Translations under genes and position numbers: made by a program
Notes under the pieces: generated by a model
Database searches by the model: none
What the model saw: the letters and a program-made list of their open reading frames with translations, nothing else
Told to the model about the DNA's origin: nothing
Shown here: in pieces, positions 1-7,685 of the stretch
Position numbering within the stretch: position 1 is the first letter of the stretch
How the letters are laid out: each line of letters starts with the position of its first letter
Source: Verrucomicrobiota bacterium
Lineage (GTDB): Bacteria > Verrucomicrobiota > Verrucomicrobiia > Limisphaerales > Palsa-1400
Direction: 5' to 3'
DNA: 12,830 bases
Assembly: GCA_049510745.1 (NCBI GenBank)
Contig: JBEKYR010000072.1
Coordinates: forward strand, 1 to 12,830

Positions 1-100
1 CTATCCGTGGTTGCCTTCGTTTGGTTGCGACTTCCCGCGCTGTGCCCTTTGCGCCTCCGAAAACCCGCCAAGGAAGCCGGAACCAACCTGGAAAACGAAT

Positions 101-170
101 CGAAAAACCCGGACAAATCCGGCCAAATCTTGAAAAATCCGGGTAAATCCGGCTAAATCGGGCCAAAAAA
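101..170 (+). repeat. Degenerate 10-bp tandem repeat (consensus ~GGNNAAATCC, ~7 units) with 30-bp higher-order period
   Basis: Consecutive decamers cgaaaaaccc ggacaaatcc ggccaaatct tgaaaaatcc gggtaaatcc ggctaaatcg ggccaaaaaa; 101-130 and 131-160 align unit for unit. Confidence 0.85.
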
Positions 171-240
171 TGAAAATCAAAAAAATACCCGGAACCGGCG
201 ACGGCGACCGGAGACGAAAAACCTTACAAGCCCTGCGCGA

Positions 241-266
241 TTGCGGCTGGCCCTCCAGCCGCGCTG
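241..266. repeat. REP-like GC-rich palindrome (ttgcggct...agccgcgctg), with a degenerate second copy at ~21-44
   Basis: Perfect 8-bp inverted repeat gcggctgg (243-250)/ccagccgc (255-262) with a 4-nt loop. 21-44 (ttggttgcgacttcccgcgctgtg) shares the ttgcg.ct...ccgcgctg frame. Confidence 0.5.
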
Positions 267-302
267 ACCGGCGTCCAAGTATTGAGAGGCGCCCGGAATG
301 AT

Positions 303-1094
303 ATGGGAGCCAATTTGTTCGATTTGACAGGCAAGGTCGCCATCGTCACCGGAACCAGCCGCGGCCTGGGACAGTCTTTTGCCCGCGCCCTGGCGCGCGC
401 GGGCGCGGACCTGGTCCTGACCAGCCGCCGGGTCGGGACGCTGGCGGAATTTCAGGCGGAAATCGAAGCGCTCGGCCGCAAGGCGCTGGCCTTGCCGCTG
501 GACGTGCGCGATTACGGCAGCATTCAGGAGATGGTGGAGAAGGCCGCCGCCCATTATGGGAAGATCGACATTCTGGTCAATAACGCCGGCTGCAACGTGC
601 GCAAGCCGGCCTTGGAAGTCACCTGGGACGATTGGAATCTCGTGCTGGACACGAATCTACGCGGGACATTCTTCGTCGCGCAGGCCGTGGCGCGCCGGAT
701 GATCGCGCGCCGGCATGGCCGCATCATCAACATCGGTTCGGTCACGGCGGTGGCGGGCTACGCCGGCCTGGGGCCGTACGGGGCCAGCCGCGGCGGTGTC
801 AAGCAGTTGACGATGAGCCTGGCCGACGATTGGGGGCCGCACGGCATCACGGTCAATTGCCTGGCCCCCGGCTGGTTCAAGACCGCGCAAAACGCCGTCA
901 TGTATGAGAACAAGGAGTGGGTCGAGTACCTGTGCGACCGCATCCCGCTCAAGCGTCCGGGCCAGCCGCACGATCTGGACGGCGCGATTGTGTTTCTCGC
1001 CTCCGACGCCAGCGAATACGTCACGGGCCAGACGCTGCTGGTCGATGGCGGAATCTCGACGGGAGCGACGCGGGCGTTGCCGAAAAAAAAGTGA
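303..1094 (+). CDS. Classical short-chain dehydrogenase/reductase, gluconate 5-dehydrogenase/KduD-like, with atypical YxxxR active-site motif
   Basis: N-terminus LFDLTGKVAIVTGTSRGLG (TGxxxGxG), IDILVNNAG, IINIGS, YGASR, VNCLAPG, YVTGQTLLVDGG. Start moved to ATG 303 (MGANLFDL). Basic residues in the Gly motif and after beta2 (TSRR) suggest NADP(H). Confidence 0.92.
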   Translation: MGANLFDLTGKVAIVTGTSRGLGQSFARALARAGADLVLTSRRVGTLAEFQAEIEALGRKALALPLDVRDYGSIQEMVEKAAAHYGKIDILVNNAGCNVRKPALEVTWDDWNLVLDTNLRGTFFVAQAVARRMIARRHGRIINIGSVTAVAGYAGLGPYGASRGGVKQLTMSLADDWGPHGITVNCLAPGWFKTAQNAVMYENKEWVEYLCDRIPLKRPGQPHDLDGAIVFLASDASEYVTGQTLLVDGGISTGATRALPKKK

Positions 1095-1101
1095 CAAGCA
1101 A

Positions 1102-2784
1102 TCACATTTTCCCGTGGCGCAGCATGGCGAGCAACAGCCAAAACCCCATCAGCCCCGCCAGCAGGTAGCCGAGCACGCCGAGGACTGACATGTCATGCCA
1201 CAACGGCGGGACCCGCGCGTGGACGATGACGGCGGAGGCGATGATGAGCGAGGAGAGGACCAGGGCGAAGGCGAGGCGGTTGACGATGCGTTCGAGCGTG
1301 TTGAGCAACGACTCCATGCCGTGATGCCGGATGACGAACCGCGCCCGGCCCTCCTTGATTTGCGCCATCAGCCGCCGCACTTCCAGCGGCAGGTCGCGCA
1401 AGAGGCCGCCCATGTCGCCGCCGAACTCGGCCCATTGCCGCAGCAGCCGCCGCGGCGCCATTTGCCGGAGCCGCAACTGCTGCATGAAGGGCCGCGCCTG
1501 CGCCAGGATGTCGTGCCCCGGGTCCAGGCGGGAGACCAGGTTTTCCATCAAGGCCAGCGCCTTGAGCATGGTGGACAAGTCGGGCGGGAGCGTGAGGTTG
1601 TAACGCGCTGTCAAATAAAAAAGCTGGTTGACCAACTGCCCGAACACCATCTGCCCGATGGGCCGGTAAAAATTCCGGTGCATGAATTCCGCCACGTCGG
1701 CCTCGAACCCCTGCCGCGGCGGGTCCAGGTCGGCGTGCGCCAGCTTGAGCAGCGCGGCGGCGGTGGCCGCCTCGTTCCGCTCCGCGATGCCGATGATGAA
1801 TTTGGCGAACACCTCGCGCGTTCGCCGGTCCAGGAATCCCATCATCCCGAAATCCAAAAAGCAGATCAGGTTGCCCGGCAGGACGTGGATGTTGCCCGGA
1901 TGCGGGTCGGCGTGGAAAAAGCCGTGGACAAAAACCTGTTTCATCAGCAGGTCGGTGATGCGCGTGGCGACCTCGTGGCGGTCCAGTCCGGCGGCGTCCA
2001 GTCCCTCGAAGTTCGACGCTTTGACGGCGTCGATCTGTTCCATCGTCAAGACGCGCCGGGTGGAGGATTCGGAAAAAATCCTTGGGACATAGATGGTCGG
2101 CTCGCGGGCAAATTGATGGGCGAACCGTTCGAGGTGGGCCGCCTCGGCCCCAAAATCCAGTTCCTGCTCCATTTGGCGGGCAAACTCCGCGACGATGGCT
2201 GTCGGCCGATGCACCTGCCAGTCCTCGACGTGCCTTTCCAGGAGCGTGGCCAGTTGCTCCATGATCCCCAGGTCCAGGCGCACCGTTTTTTCGATGCCCG
2301 GCCGCTGAACTTTGATGACGCATTTTTCGCCGTTGACGCGGAGGGCGCGATGAACCTGCGCGATGGAGGCGGAGCCGATGGGCGTTTCCTCGATGGAAAG
2401 AAAATAGTCGGTGTGCGGACGTTTCAATTCCGATTTGAGGACGGCCAGGACCTGGTCGAAGGGAATCGGGGGCACCTGGTCGTGCAATTTGGCCAGCTCG
2501 GTGGTGAACGCCGGCGGCAACAAATGCGTGCGGGTGGAGAGGAGTTGTCCGAGTTTGACGAAAGTCGGACCGAGCTCCTCGAAGGCCTGGCGCAGGCGTT
2601 GCGGAGCGGGAAGCTGCGCCAAATCTTCCCCATCCCGGCCCATTTTACGGAACGGCATCCGTGGCAAGGGCATCCGCTGGGCCAAATCGTCGTAGCCATA
2701 CCTGAGAAAGACGCCGACGATGGCGCGGAAACGCTGCGCGTGTTCGACCGCCCGGCCAATTTTTCTAAACCGATTGAACCACAC
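1102..2784 (-). CDS. AarF/UbiB/ABC1 family atypical protein kinase-like protein with two C-terminal TM helices
   Basis: LGPTFVKLGQLLSTR (KxGQ), SASIAQVH, VIKVQRPG, ELDF, FFHADPHPGN, LDFG; hydrophobic C-terminus. Start moved from 2916 to GTG 2784 on promoter position and overlap with the MFS start. Confidence 0.93.
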   Translation of the reverse strand: MWFNRFRKIGRAVEHAQRFRAIVGVFLRYGYDDLAQRMPLPRMPFRKMGRDGEDLAQLPAPQRLRQAFEELGPTFVKLGQLLSTRTHLLPPAFTTELAKLHDQVPPIPFDQVLAVLKSELKRPHTDYFLSIEETPIGSASIAQVHRALRVNGEKCVIKVQRPGIEKTVRLDLGIMEQLATLLERHVEDWQVHRPTAIVAEFARQMEQELDFGAEAAHLERFAHQFAREPTIYVPRIFSESSTRRVLTMEQIDAVKASNFEGLDAAGLDRHEVATRITDLLMKQVFVHGFFHADPHPGNIHVLPGNLICFLDFGMMGFLDRRTREVFAKFIIGIAERNEAATAAALLKLAHADLDPPRQGFEADVAEFMHRNFYRPIGQMVFGQLVNQLFYLTARYNLTLPPDLSTMLKALALMENLVSRLDPGHDILAQARPFMQQLRLRQMAPRRLLRQWAEFGGDMGGLLRDLPLEVRRLMAQIKEGRARFVIRHHGMESLLNTLERIVNRLAFALVLSSLIIASAVIVHARVPPLWHDMSVLGVLGYLLAGLMGFWLLLAMLRHGKM

Positions 2785-2791
2785 GCGGCCC

Positions 2792-2819
2792 ACAGTAACA
2801 CTGCGCGCGCCGTCTTCAA
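2792..2819 (-). promoter_or_regulatory. Putative sigma70 promoter (extended -10) for a leaderless UbiB-family mRNA
   Basis: Minus strand TTGAAG (2819-2814)-16 nt-TACTGT (2797-2792) preceded by TGt; 7 nt to GTG 2784. Confidence 0.6.
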
Positions 2820-2892
2820 GGCGGTTTGTACGCGCTGGACAGAAGCGGAGTGGGCGGGCATTTTCTGGGGCGACGAAGGAATAATAATCAAC

Positions 2893-4107
2893 ATGTCGCA
2901 GTTCCCGCCCGTTCACCGGGGCATCACGTCCCGAACCCTGAAATCCGCCGTCTATGTGCTGGAGGGGTTAAACGCCGTTTCGACCACCTTGTTTTTTTTC
3001 TACCTTTATTTCTACACCAAGGCGCAATTCAAGTTTGGGGCGCTGCAAAACCTGCTGCTGGCGGCCTGTCTCGGCTACGTCTATTCCCTCGGCGCCTTCC
3101 TGAGCGGACGCATCGCGCAACGATTCGGCTATTTTGCCGCCGTCCGGCTTGGGATTGCGACGATGTTCACGGCGTTTTTGGCCTGCAGCCAGACCACTTC
3201 CGTGGGAGTGACGATTGGGCTGGCGGTGGTGGGCAACGTCGGCATGTGCCTGACCTGGCCGGCTTTGGAAGCCCTGGTGAGTGAAGGGGAGCCGCCTGCC
3301 CGCCTCCAAGGCCTGCTGGGCGTTTACAATGTCGTCTGGGCGACGGCGGCGGCGGCGGCCTTTTTTTCCGGGGGCGCCTTGTTGGAACATTGGGGATTGA
3401 AGACGATGTTCTATCTTCCCGCCGGCTTTTTGCTGGTGGAGTTGATCATCGCATCGTGGCTGCAACGAGCCGTCCATGACGAACCCCCCGCCGCTCCCGA
3501 GGAGGCGCATCCTGTGTTACACGCGGCTTCGGAAAGTTACCGCTCGCCGGTTTCCCCCGCGACGTTTCTGAGCATGGCCTGGCTGGCCAATCCGATGGCC
3601 TATCTGACGATCAACACCATCATTTCGATCGTGCCCACCTTGGCCGAACGGCTGAGTTTTTCGCCGAAGCTGGCCGGGTTTATATGTTCGATTTGGCTGT
3701 TCACGCGGGCGATGGCGTTTGCCGGCCTGCGGCTGTGGCCGGGATGGCATTACCGATTTCGATTTTTGGCGTGGGCCTACGTGGCGATGGTTGTCTCCTT
3801 TGGCGCCATGCTGCTGGTGCCCGACTGGCGGGTTCTGGTCGTCTCCGAAGCGATCCTGGGCGCCGCCGTGGGATTGATCTATTATTCCTCGCTTTTTTAT
3901 TCGATGGATGTCGGCGAGACCAAGGGAGAACACGGCGGAATCCACGAGGCGGTCATCGGCCTGGGCAGCGGCACCGGCCCGGCCATGGCGGCCCTGGCGC
4001 TGACGTTGTTCCCGCATCACCCCGGCAGCGGCGCCTGGGGAGTGTGCGTGGTGCTGGTGTTGGGGCTGGCGGCCCTTTTCCGAATCCGCTTTCGGAATCA
4101 GTCGTAA
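2893..4107 (+). CDS. Major facilitator superfamily transporter (404 aa)
   Basis: Only the last 404 aa of the 970-aa ORF are protein-like: about 12 hydrophobic segments in two halves separated by a hydrophilic loop (HDEPPAAPEEAHP), with motif A-like SGRIAQRFG. ATG at 2893 follows gaagga and an AT-rich stretch. Confidence 0.88.
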   Translation: MSQFPPVHRGITSRTLKSAVYVLEGLNAVSTTLFFFYLYFYTKAQFKFGALQNLLLAACLGYVYSLGAFLSGRIAQRFGYFAAVRLGIATMFTAFLACSQTTSVGVTIGLAVVGNVGMCLTWPALEALVSEGEPPARLQGLLGVYNVVWATAAAAAFFSGGALLEHWGLKTMFYLPAGFLLVELIIASWLQRAVHDEPPAAPEEAHPVLHAASESYRSPVSPATFLSMAWLANPMAYLTINTIISIVPTLAERLSFSPKLAGFICSIWLFTRAMAFAGLRLWPGWHYRFRFLAWAYVAMVVSFGAMLLVPDWRVLVVSEAILGAAVGLIYYSSLFYSMDVGETKGEHGGIHEAVIGLGSGTGPAMAALALTLFPHHPGSGAWGVCVVLVLGLAALFRIRFRNQS

Positions 4108-4119
4108 ATCGTAAAATTC

Positions 4120-5292
4120 CTAAATCCTCAGAAACCACTTCCGGCGGTACATGATCCAGGCCACGACATACATGATTCCCACATAGGTGAGGGCGTAGAG
4201 CAGCGAACAGTTCCTGGGTGTTGCCAGCGGGCCGGCCACGGCTTCGAAGACGGATTTGAGATGCCCGAACAGCCAGGTCTTGAGCATAATCGGATGGCCG
4301 TCCACCGTTCCGGCGGGGACAAGAACGGAAATCCGCCCCAGCAATCCAGTCAATACGAACACCGTGATGGCGTTCATCCCGTAAATCGCCAGCGGCCTGC
4401 ACCAGGCGCGCCAGCCTTTGACGTCGGCCAGCCAGTGGCAGACGGCGAAAACGTTCGCCGCCATGCCCGCCATGAAAACAGCGTAGGAACTGGTCCAGAG
4501 CTTTTTGTTGATCGGCAGCCAGCAGCTCATCGCTTCGCCGGCCAAAAGGAGAAAATTGCCCGCCACAAAAAGCCACGCCGTCTTTTCCGCCGGCGCCAGC
4601 GGCGAACGCAGCAAATGCCCCGCCAGGATTCCGAAAAGCACGGTGGCCACGGCGGGCAGCGTGCTGACAACCCCCTCCGGATCGTAAGTTTTGGTTTCCC
4701 GCCAGGTATGGCCGCGCAGGAGAAGCGTATCGACGTACTCGGAAAAATTCCCATGCTCGTTCAAGATGCCGCGCCCCCAGCCGGGCACCGGCGCCAGCGC
4801 CATCAACAGCCAGTAGCCCGCCAGCAGCGCGAGAATGGCGGCGGCCTGGCCCCGCGCGCGCGTGTTCAGATAAATCAGCCCCGCGAAAAAATAACAGACG
4901 CCGATCCGTTGCAGCACGCCCGGCAATCGCATCGTTGAAAAATGATAGGCGGGAAACCCGTTCAAAAGCAGCCCCAGCGCGATGATGATGGCCGAACGGC
5001 GCGCGATGCGGGCCAGCACTTGCTGGCGCGGTTCGCCGTTTTCCAGCCGGCGCCCGATCGAAAAGGGAATGGCCGCGCCGACAATCCACAGAAAAAACGG
5101 AAAAATCAGGTCCGTAAACGTCCACCCGTTCCAGGCGGCGTGGTCGAGCTGGGAATAGACGGCGTTCCAATCGCCGGGATTATTGACCAGCAACATCGCG
5201 GCGATGGTCGCGCCGCGAAACACATCGAGCGAGAGCAAACGCTCGCTGCCTTGGATTGGCGCTTGGGCCGGCTTCATGTTGGCGGATGACAC
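4120..5292 (-). CDS. Heparan-alpha-glucosaminide N-acetyltransferase-like membrane acyltransferase (COG4299/NagX/DUF5009-like)
   Basis: ERLLSLDVFRG, NNPG, HAAWNG, DLIFPFFLWIVG, GVLQRI, DPEG, PINKKLWTSS, GMNAI and C-terminal YRRKWFLRI are characteristic. Start is GTG 5292 or ATG 5277. Confidence 0.9.
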   Translation of the reverse strand: MSSANMKPAQAPIQGSERLLSLDVFRGATIAAMLLVNNPGDWNAVYSQLDHAAWNGWTFTDLIFPFFLWIVGAAIPFSIGRRLENGEPRQQVLARIARRSAIIIALGLLLNGFPAYHFSTMRLPGVLQRIGVCYFFAGLIYLNTRARGQAAAILALLAGYWLLMALAPVPGWGRGILNEHGNFSEYVDTLLLRGHTWRETKTYDPEGVVSTLPAVATVLFGILAGHLLRSPLAPAEKTAWLFVAGNFLLLAGEAMSCWLPINKKLWTSSYAVFMAGMAANVFAVCHWLADVKGWRAWCRPLAIYGMNAITVFVLTGLLGRISVLVPAGTVDGHPIMLKTWLFGHLKSVFEAVAGPLATPRNCSLLYALTYVGIMYVVAWIMYRRKWFLRI

Positions 5293-5297
5293 GGGCA

Positions 5298-5325
5298 AAG
5301 CTACAGGGGCCGCGATTTGAGGCAA
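5298..5325 (-). promoter_or_regulatory. Putative sigma70 promoter of the HGSNAT-like gene
   Basis: Minus strand TTGCCT (5325-5320)-16 nt-TAGCTT (5303-5298)-5 nt-in-frame GTG 5292. Confidence 0.55.
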
Positions 5326-5359
5326 GGCGGATTTCGTTCGATGCGCGCGGCGGCCGGCC

Positions 5360-6394
5360 TTACCACTCGATCACGGCCGCGCCCCAGGTCAGGCCGGCGC
5401 CGAAGACCACCAACATCACCAGGTCGCCGCGCTGGATGCGCCCGGTGGTCACGGCCTCGTCCAGCGCGATGGCCACCGAGGCGGCGGAGGTGTTGCCGTA
5501 TTTTTCCAAATTGATGAAGAGTTGCTCCGGCTTGGCCCCCAGCCGCTCCGCCACCGCGTCAATGATACGCCGGTTGGCCTGGTGCGGGATGATGCATTTG
5601 ATTTCCGAGACGTCCAGTTCGCAGCGGCGCAGGGCCTCGTGGGCGACGGAAACCATGGCGGTGACGGCCCTCTTGTATGTTTCCTTGCCGTCCATGCGCA
5701 GGTAATGCAGCCCCGCCGCCACCGATTCGAGCGTGGGCGGGCAGACGGAGCCGCCGCCCGGAATGCACAACAGCCCCGCCAGCCGGCCGTCGGCTCTCAT
5801 GCAGGCTGTCAATAATCCGTGCGCGCCGGCCCGGTTGCGCAAAATGGCCGCGCCGGCGCCGTCGCCGAAGAGGACGCAGGTGTTGCGGTCGGTCCAGTTG
5901 ATGATCGAGGAAAGTTTCTCCGCGCCGATGACCAGGATGGTGTCATAGGTGCGGGTCATGATGAACTGCTGGCCGATTTCCAGTCCGTAAATGAACCCCG
6001 AACAGGCGGCCTGCACGTCAAAAGCCGCCGCGCGATAGGCGCCGATCTTTTGCTGCACGACACAGGCGGTGGAGGGGAACGGGGTGTCGGGGGTGATGGT
6101 GGCCAGGATGATCAAGTCGATGTCGTCGGGGGTGATTTTGGCCCGCTCCATCGCGCACAGGGCGGCCTTGGCGGCGAGGTCGGAAGTGGCCTGGTGGTTG
6201 GAGGCAATGCGGCGCTCCTTGATGCCGGTGCGGGAGGAGATCCATTCATCGGAGGTTTCGACCATGAGTTCCAACTCGGCATTGGTCAGCACGCGGTCGG
6301 GGAGATAGGAGCCAACGGCGACGATGGAGCAGGTGCGGCCCTGGAAATTATGCCGGGCGCGGGGATTTTTGAATTTTCTGGCTGGGAGCGTCAT
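5360..6394 (-). CDS. fabH: Beta-ketoacyl-ACP synthase III
   Basis: TSDEWISSRTGIKERR, AACSGF (Cys), LFGDGAGA, PHQANRRI (His), GNTSAAS (Asn), FGAGLTWG. ATG 6394 overlaps the plsX stop (ATGA coupling). Confidence 0.97.
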   Translation of the reverse strand: MTLPARKFKNPRARHNFQGRTCSIVAVGSYLPDRVLTNAELELMVETSDEWISSRTGIKERRIASNHQATSDLAAKAALCAMERAKITPDDIDLIILATITPDTPFPSTACVVQQKIGAYRAAAFDVQAACSGFIYGLEIGQQFIMTRTYDTILVIGAEKLSSIINWTDRNTCVLFGDGAGAAILRNRAGAHGLLTACMRADGRLAGLLCIPGGGSVCPPTLESVAAGLHYLRMDGKETYKRAVTAMVSVAHEALRRCELDVSEIKCIIPHQANRRIIDAVAERLGAKPEQLFINLEKYGNTSAASVAIALDEAVTTGRIQRGDLVMLVVFGAGLTWGAAVIEW

Positions 6395-7434
6395 GTTTTG
6401 ACCGTGGCGAGCAATTCGCCGGCCTGGGCGATTTTTTCGTTGGCGGCGGTGACTTCGGCCTGGATGATTTGGTTGAGGTGATGCTGGAGAGCCTGGGCGC
6501 ATTCGCGGATGGCGTTCATGATGGCCCGTTCGCGGGCCGAGCCGTGGGCCTTGAAGATGGTGCCGTTCAGCCCGAGCAAAGGCGCCCCGCCGCGGTTGTC
6601 CGGGTCGGTGCGCCGCATAATGGTGCGGACGGCGTTTTTGACGAGCATGCCGCCGAGGATGCGTTTCGGGTTCTTGGAGATTTCATCCTTGAGCCAGCCG
6701 GCCAGACCCTTGGCGAAGCTTTCCAGCGTCTTCAAGACGATGTTGCCGATGAACCCGTCGCAGACGACGACGTCCACGCGGTTGTGGAACAGGTCGTGGC
6801 CTTCGACGTTGCCGATAAAATTCAAGTCCGCCATTTTGCAAAGCTTGAAGGCTTCCAGGGTCAGTTCGGTGCCTTTGTTCGGTTCGGTTCCGTTGCTTAA
6901 AATACCGACCCGCGGGTTCTTATACCCCAGGATTTCGCGCGAGTAAATGCTTCCCATGATGGCAAAATGGAGCAGGTGCGCCGGGCGGCACTCGACGCTG
7001 GCGCCGGAGTCGAGCAGAACAAACTCGTTCCTGGCGGCGGGAATGACGGTGGCGATGCCGGGGCGGTCCACGCCCGGCAACGGGCGCAGGCGGATGGTGC
7101 TGGCGGCGACGATCCCGCCGGTGTTGCCGGGGGAGATCAACCCGTCGGCTCTGCCTTCCTTGACCAAATCGACGGCGCGGAGGATGGAACAATCCTTTTT
7201 GCGGCGCAATCCCTCGACCGGCTTGTCCTCCATGGAGAGCACTTCCGTGGCGTTGACGATGGTGGCGCGCGGATCGCGGCAGCCGGTGCGGCTCATGGCC
7301 GCTTTGATTTCCGCCTCGCGTCCAACGAAAAAAAGCTCGGTGATGGCGGTGTCGGATTGCAGGGCGAGCCGGGCCCCCTCGATAATGGCCTCCGGCCCGT
7401 GATCACCGCCCATCACATCCACAGCAATGCGCAT
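6391..7434 (-). CDS. plsX: Phosphate acyltransferase PlsX
   Basis: MRIAVDVMGGDHGP, GNTG, GVDRP, FIGNVEG, DVVVCDGFIGNIVLKTLE, GGAPLLGLNG, KAHGS; located between rpmF and fabH. Confidence 0.97.
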   Translation of the reverse strand: MRIAVDVMGGDHGPEAIIEGARLALQSDTAITELFFVGREAEIKAAMSRTGCRDPRATIVNATEVLSMEDKPVEGLRRKKDCSILRAVDLVKEGRADGLISPGNTGGIVAASTIRLRPLPGVDRPGIATVIPAARNEFVLLDSGASVECRPAHLLHFAIMGSIYSREILGYKNPRVGILSNGTEPNKGTELTLEAFKLCKMADLNFIGNVEGHDLFHNRVDVVVCDGFIGNIVLKTLESFAKGLAGWLKDEISKNPKRILGGMLVKNAVRTIMRRTDPDNRGGAPLLGLNGTIFKAHGSARERAIMNAIRECAQALQHHLNQIIQAEVTAANEKIAQAGELLATVKT

Positions 7435-7473
7435 AAAGCAAAGAGCGCGGAGGACGAAACCGTTCCGCGCTCT
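7435..7473 (-). terminator. Intrinsic terminator-like / stabilising hairpin between rpmF and plsX
   Basis: Perfect 10-bp stem agagcgcgga (7442-7451)/tccgcgctct (7464-7473); on the minus strand it is followed by TTGCTTT and then directly the plsX ATG. Confidence 0.6.
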
Positions 7474-7485
7474 GGAAAAAGCGGG

Positions 7486-7674
7486 TCAGGCGGCCGCTTT
7501 CACCGTAATGACCTGCCGGCCCTTGTAAAATCCGCACGCCGGGCAGACGCGGTGGGGGACATAGGGGGCGGCACATTGGGGGCAGGTGCTCAGTTGGGGC
7601 AACGTCAGGGCGCTGTTGTAGGCCCGGCGCATGCGCTGACGGCTGTGGGAAGGCTTGCGTTTGGGAACTCCCAT
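7486..7674 (-). CDS. rpmF: 50S ribosomal protein L32 (zinc-ribbon form, 62 aa)
   Basis: MGVPKRKPSHSRQRMRRA...CPQC...PHRVCPACGFYKGRQV; start moved to ATG 7674. Confidence 0.97.
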   Translation of the reverse strand: MGVPKRKPSHSRQRMRRAYNSALTLPQLSTCPQCAAPYVPHRVCPACGFYKGRQVITVKAAA

Positions 7675-7685
7675 ATTATTCGTGT

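Noticed and set aside
303..1094. Calling the SDR a halohydrin dehalogenase
   Set aside because: It has S-X12-Y-X3-R but lacks the T-X4-F/Y-X-G motif and keeps the TGxxxGxG cofactor-binding loop.
1193..2323. 376-aa alternative-frame ORF (likewise 3953..5170, 5819..6481, 6967..7689, 9976..10680, 11378..12211)
   Set aside because: Arg/Gly/Pro/Ala-rich off-frame or antisense translations overlapping well-supported genes; no family motifs.
1102..2784. Assigning the gene symbol ubiB and a ubiquinone pathway role
   Set aside because: Family membership is clear, but no ubiE/ubiJ neighbours are present and ABC1 kinases occur in many bacteria without ubiquinone.
1195..2892. 970-aa ORF suggesting a giant N-terminal fusion to the MFS transporter
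   Set aside because: The first 566 codons are mostly the antisense shadow of the UbiB-family gene, a common stop-free frame in high-GC DNA, with no recognisable motifs. A good start exists at 2893.
2992..3368. T8 homopolymers in the MFS gene (2992-2999, 3361-3368) as phase-variation tracts
   Set aside because: They encode Phe runs in TM helices, the frame is intact and the tracts are short.
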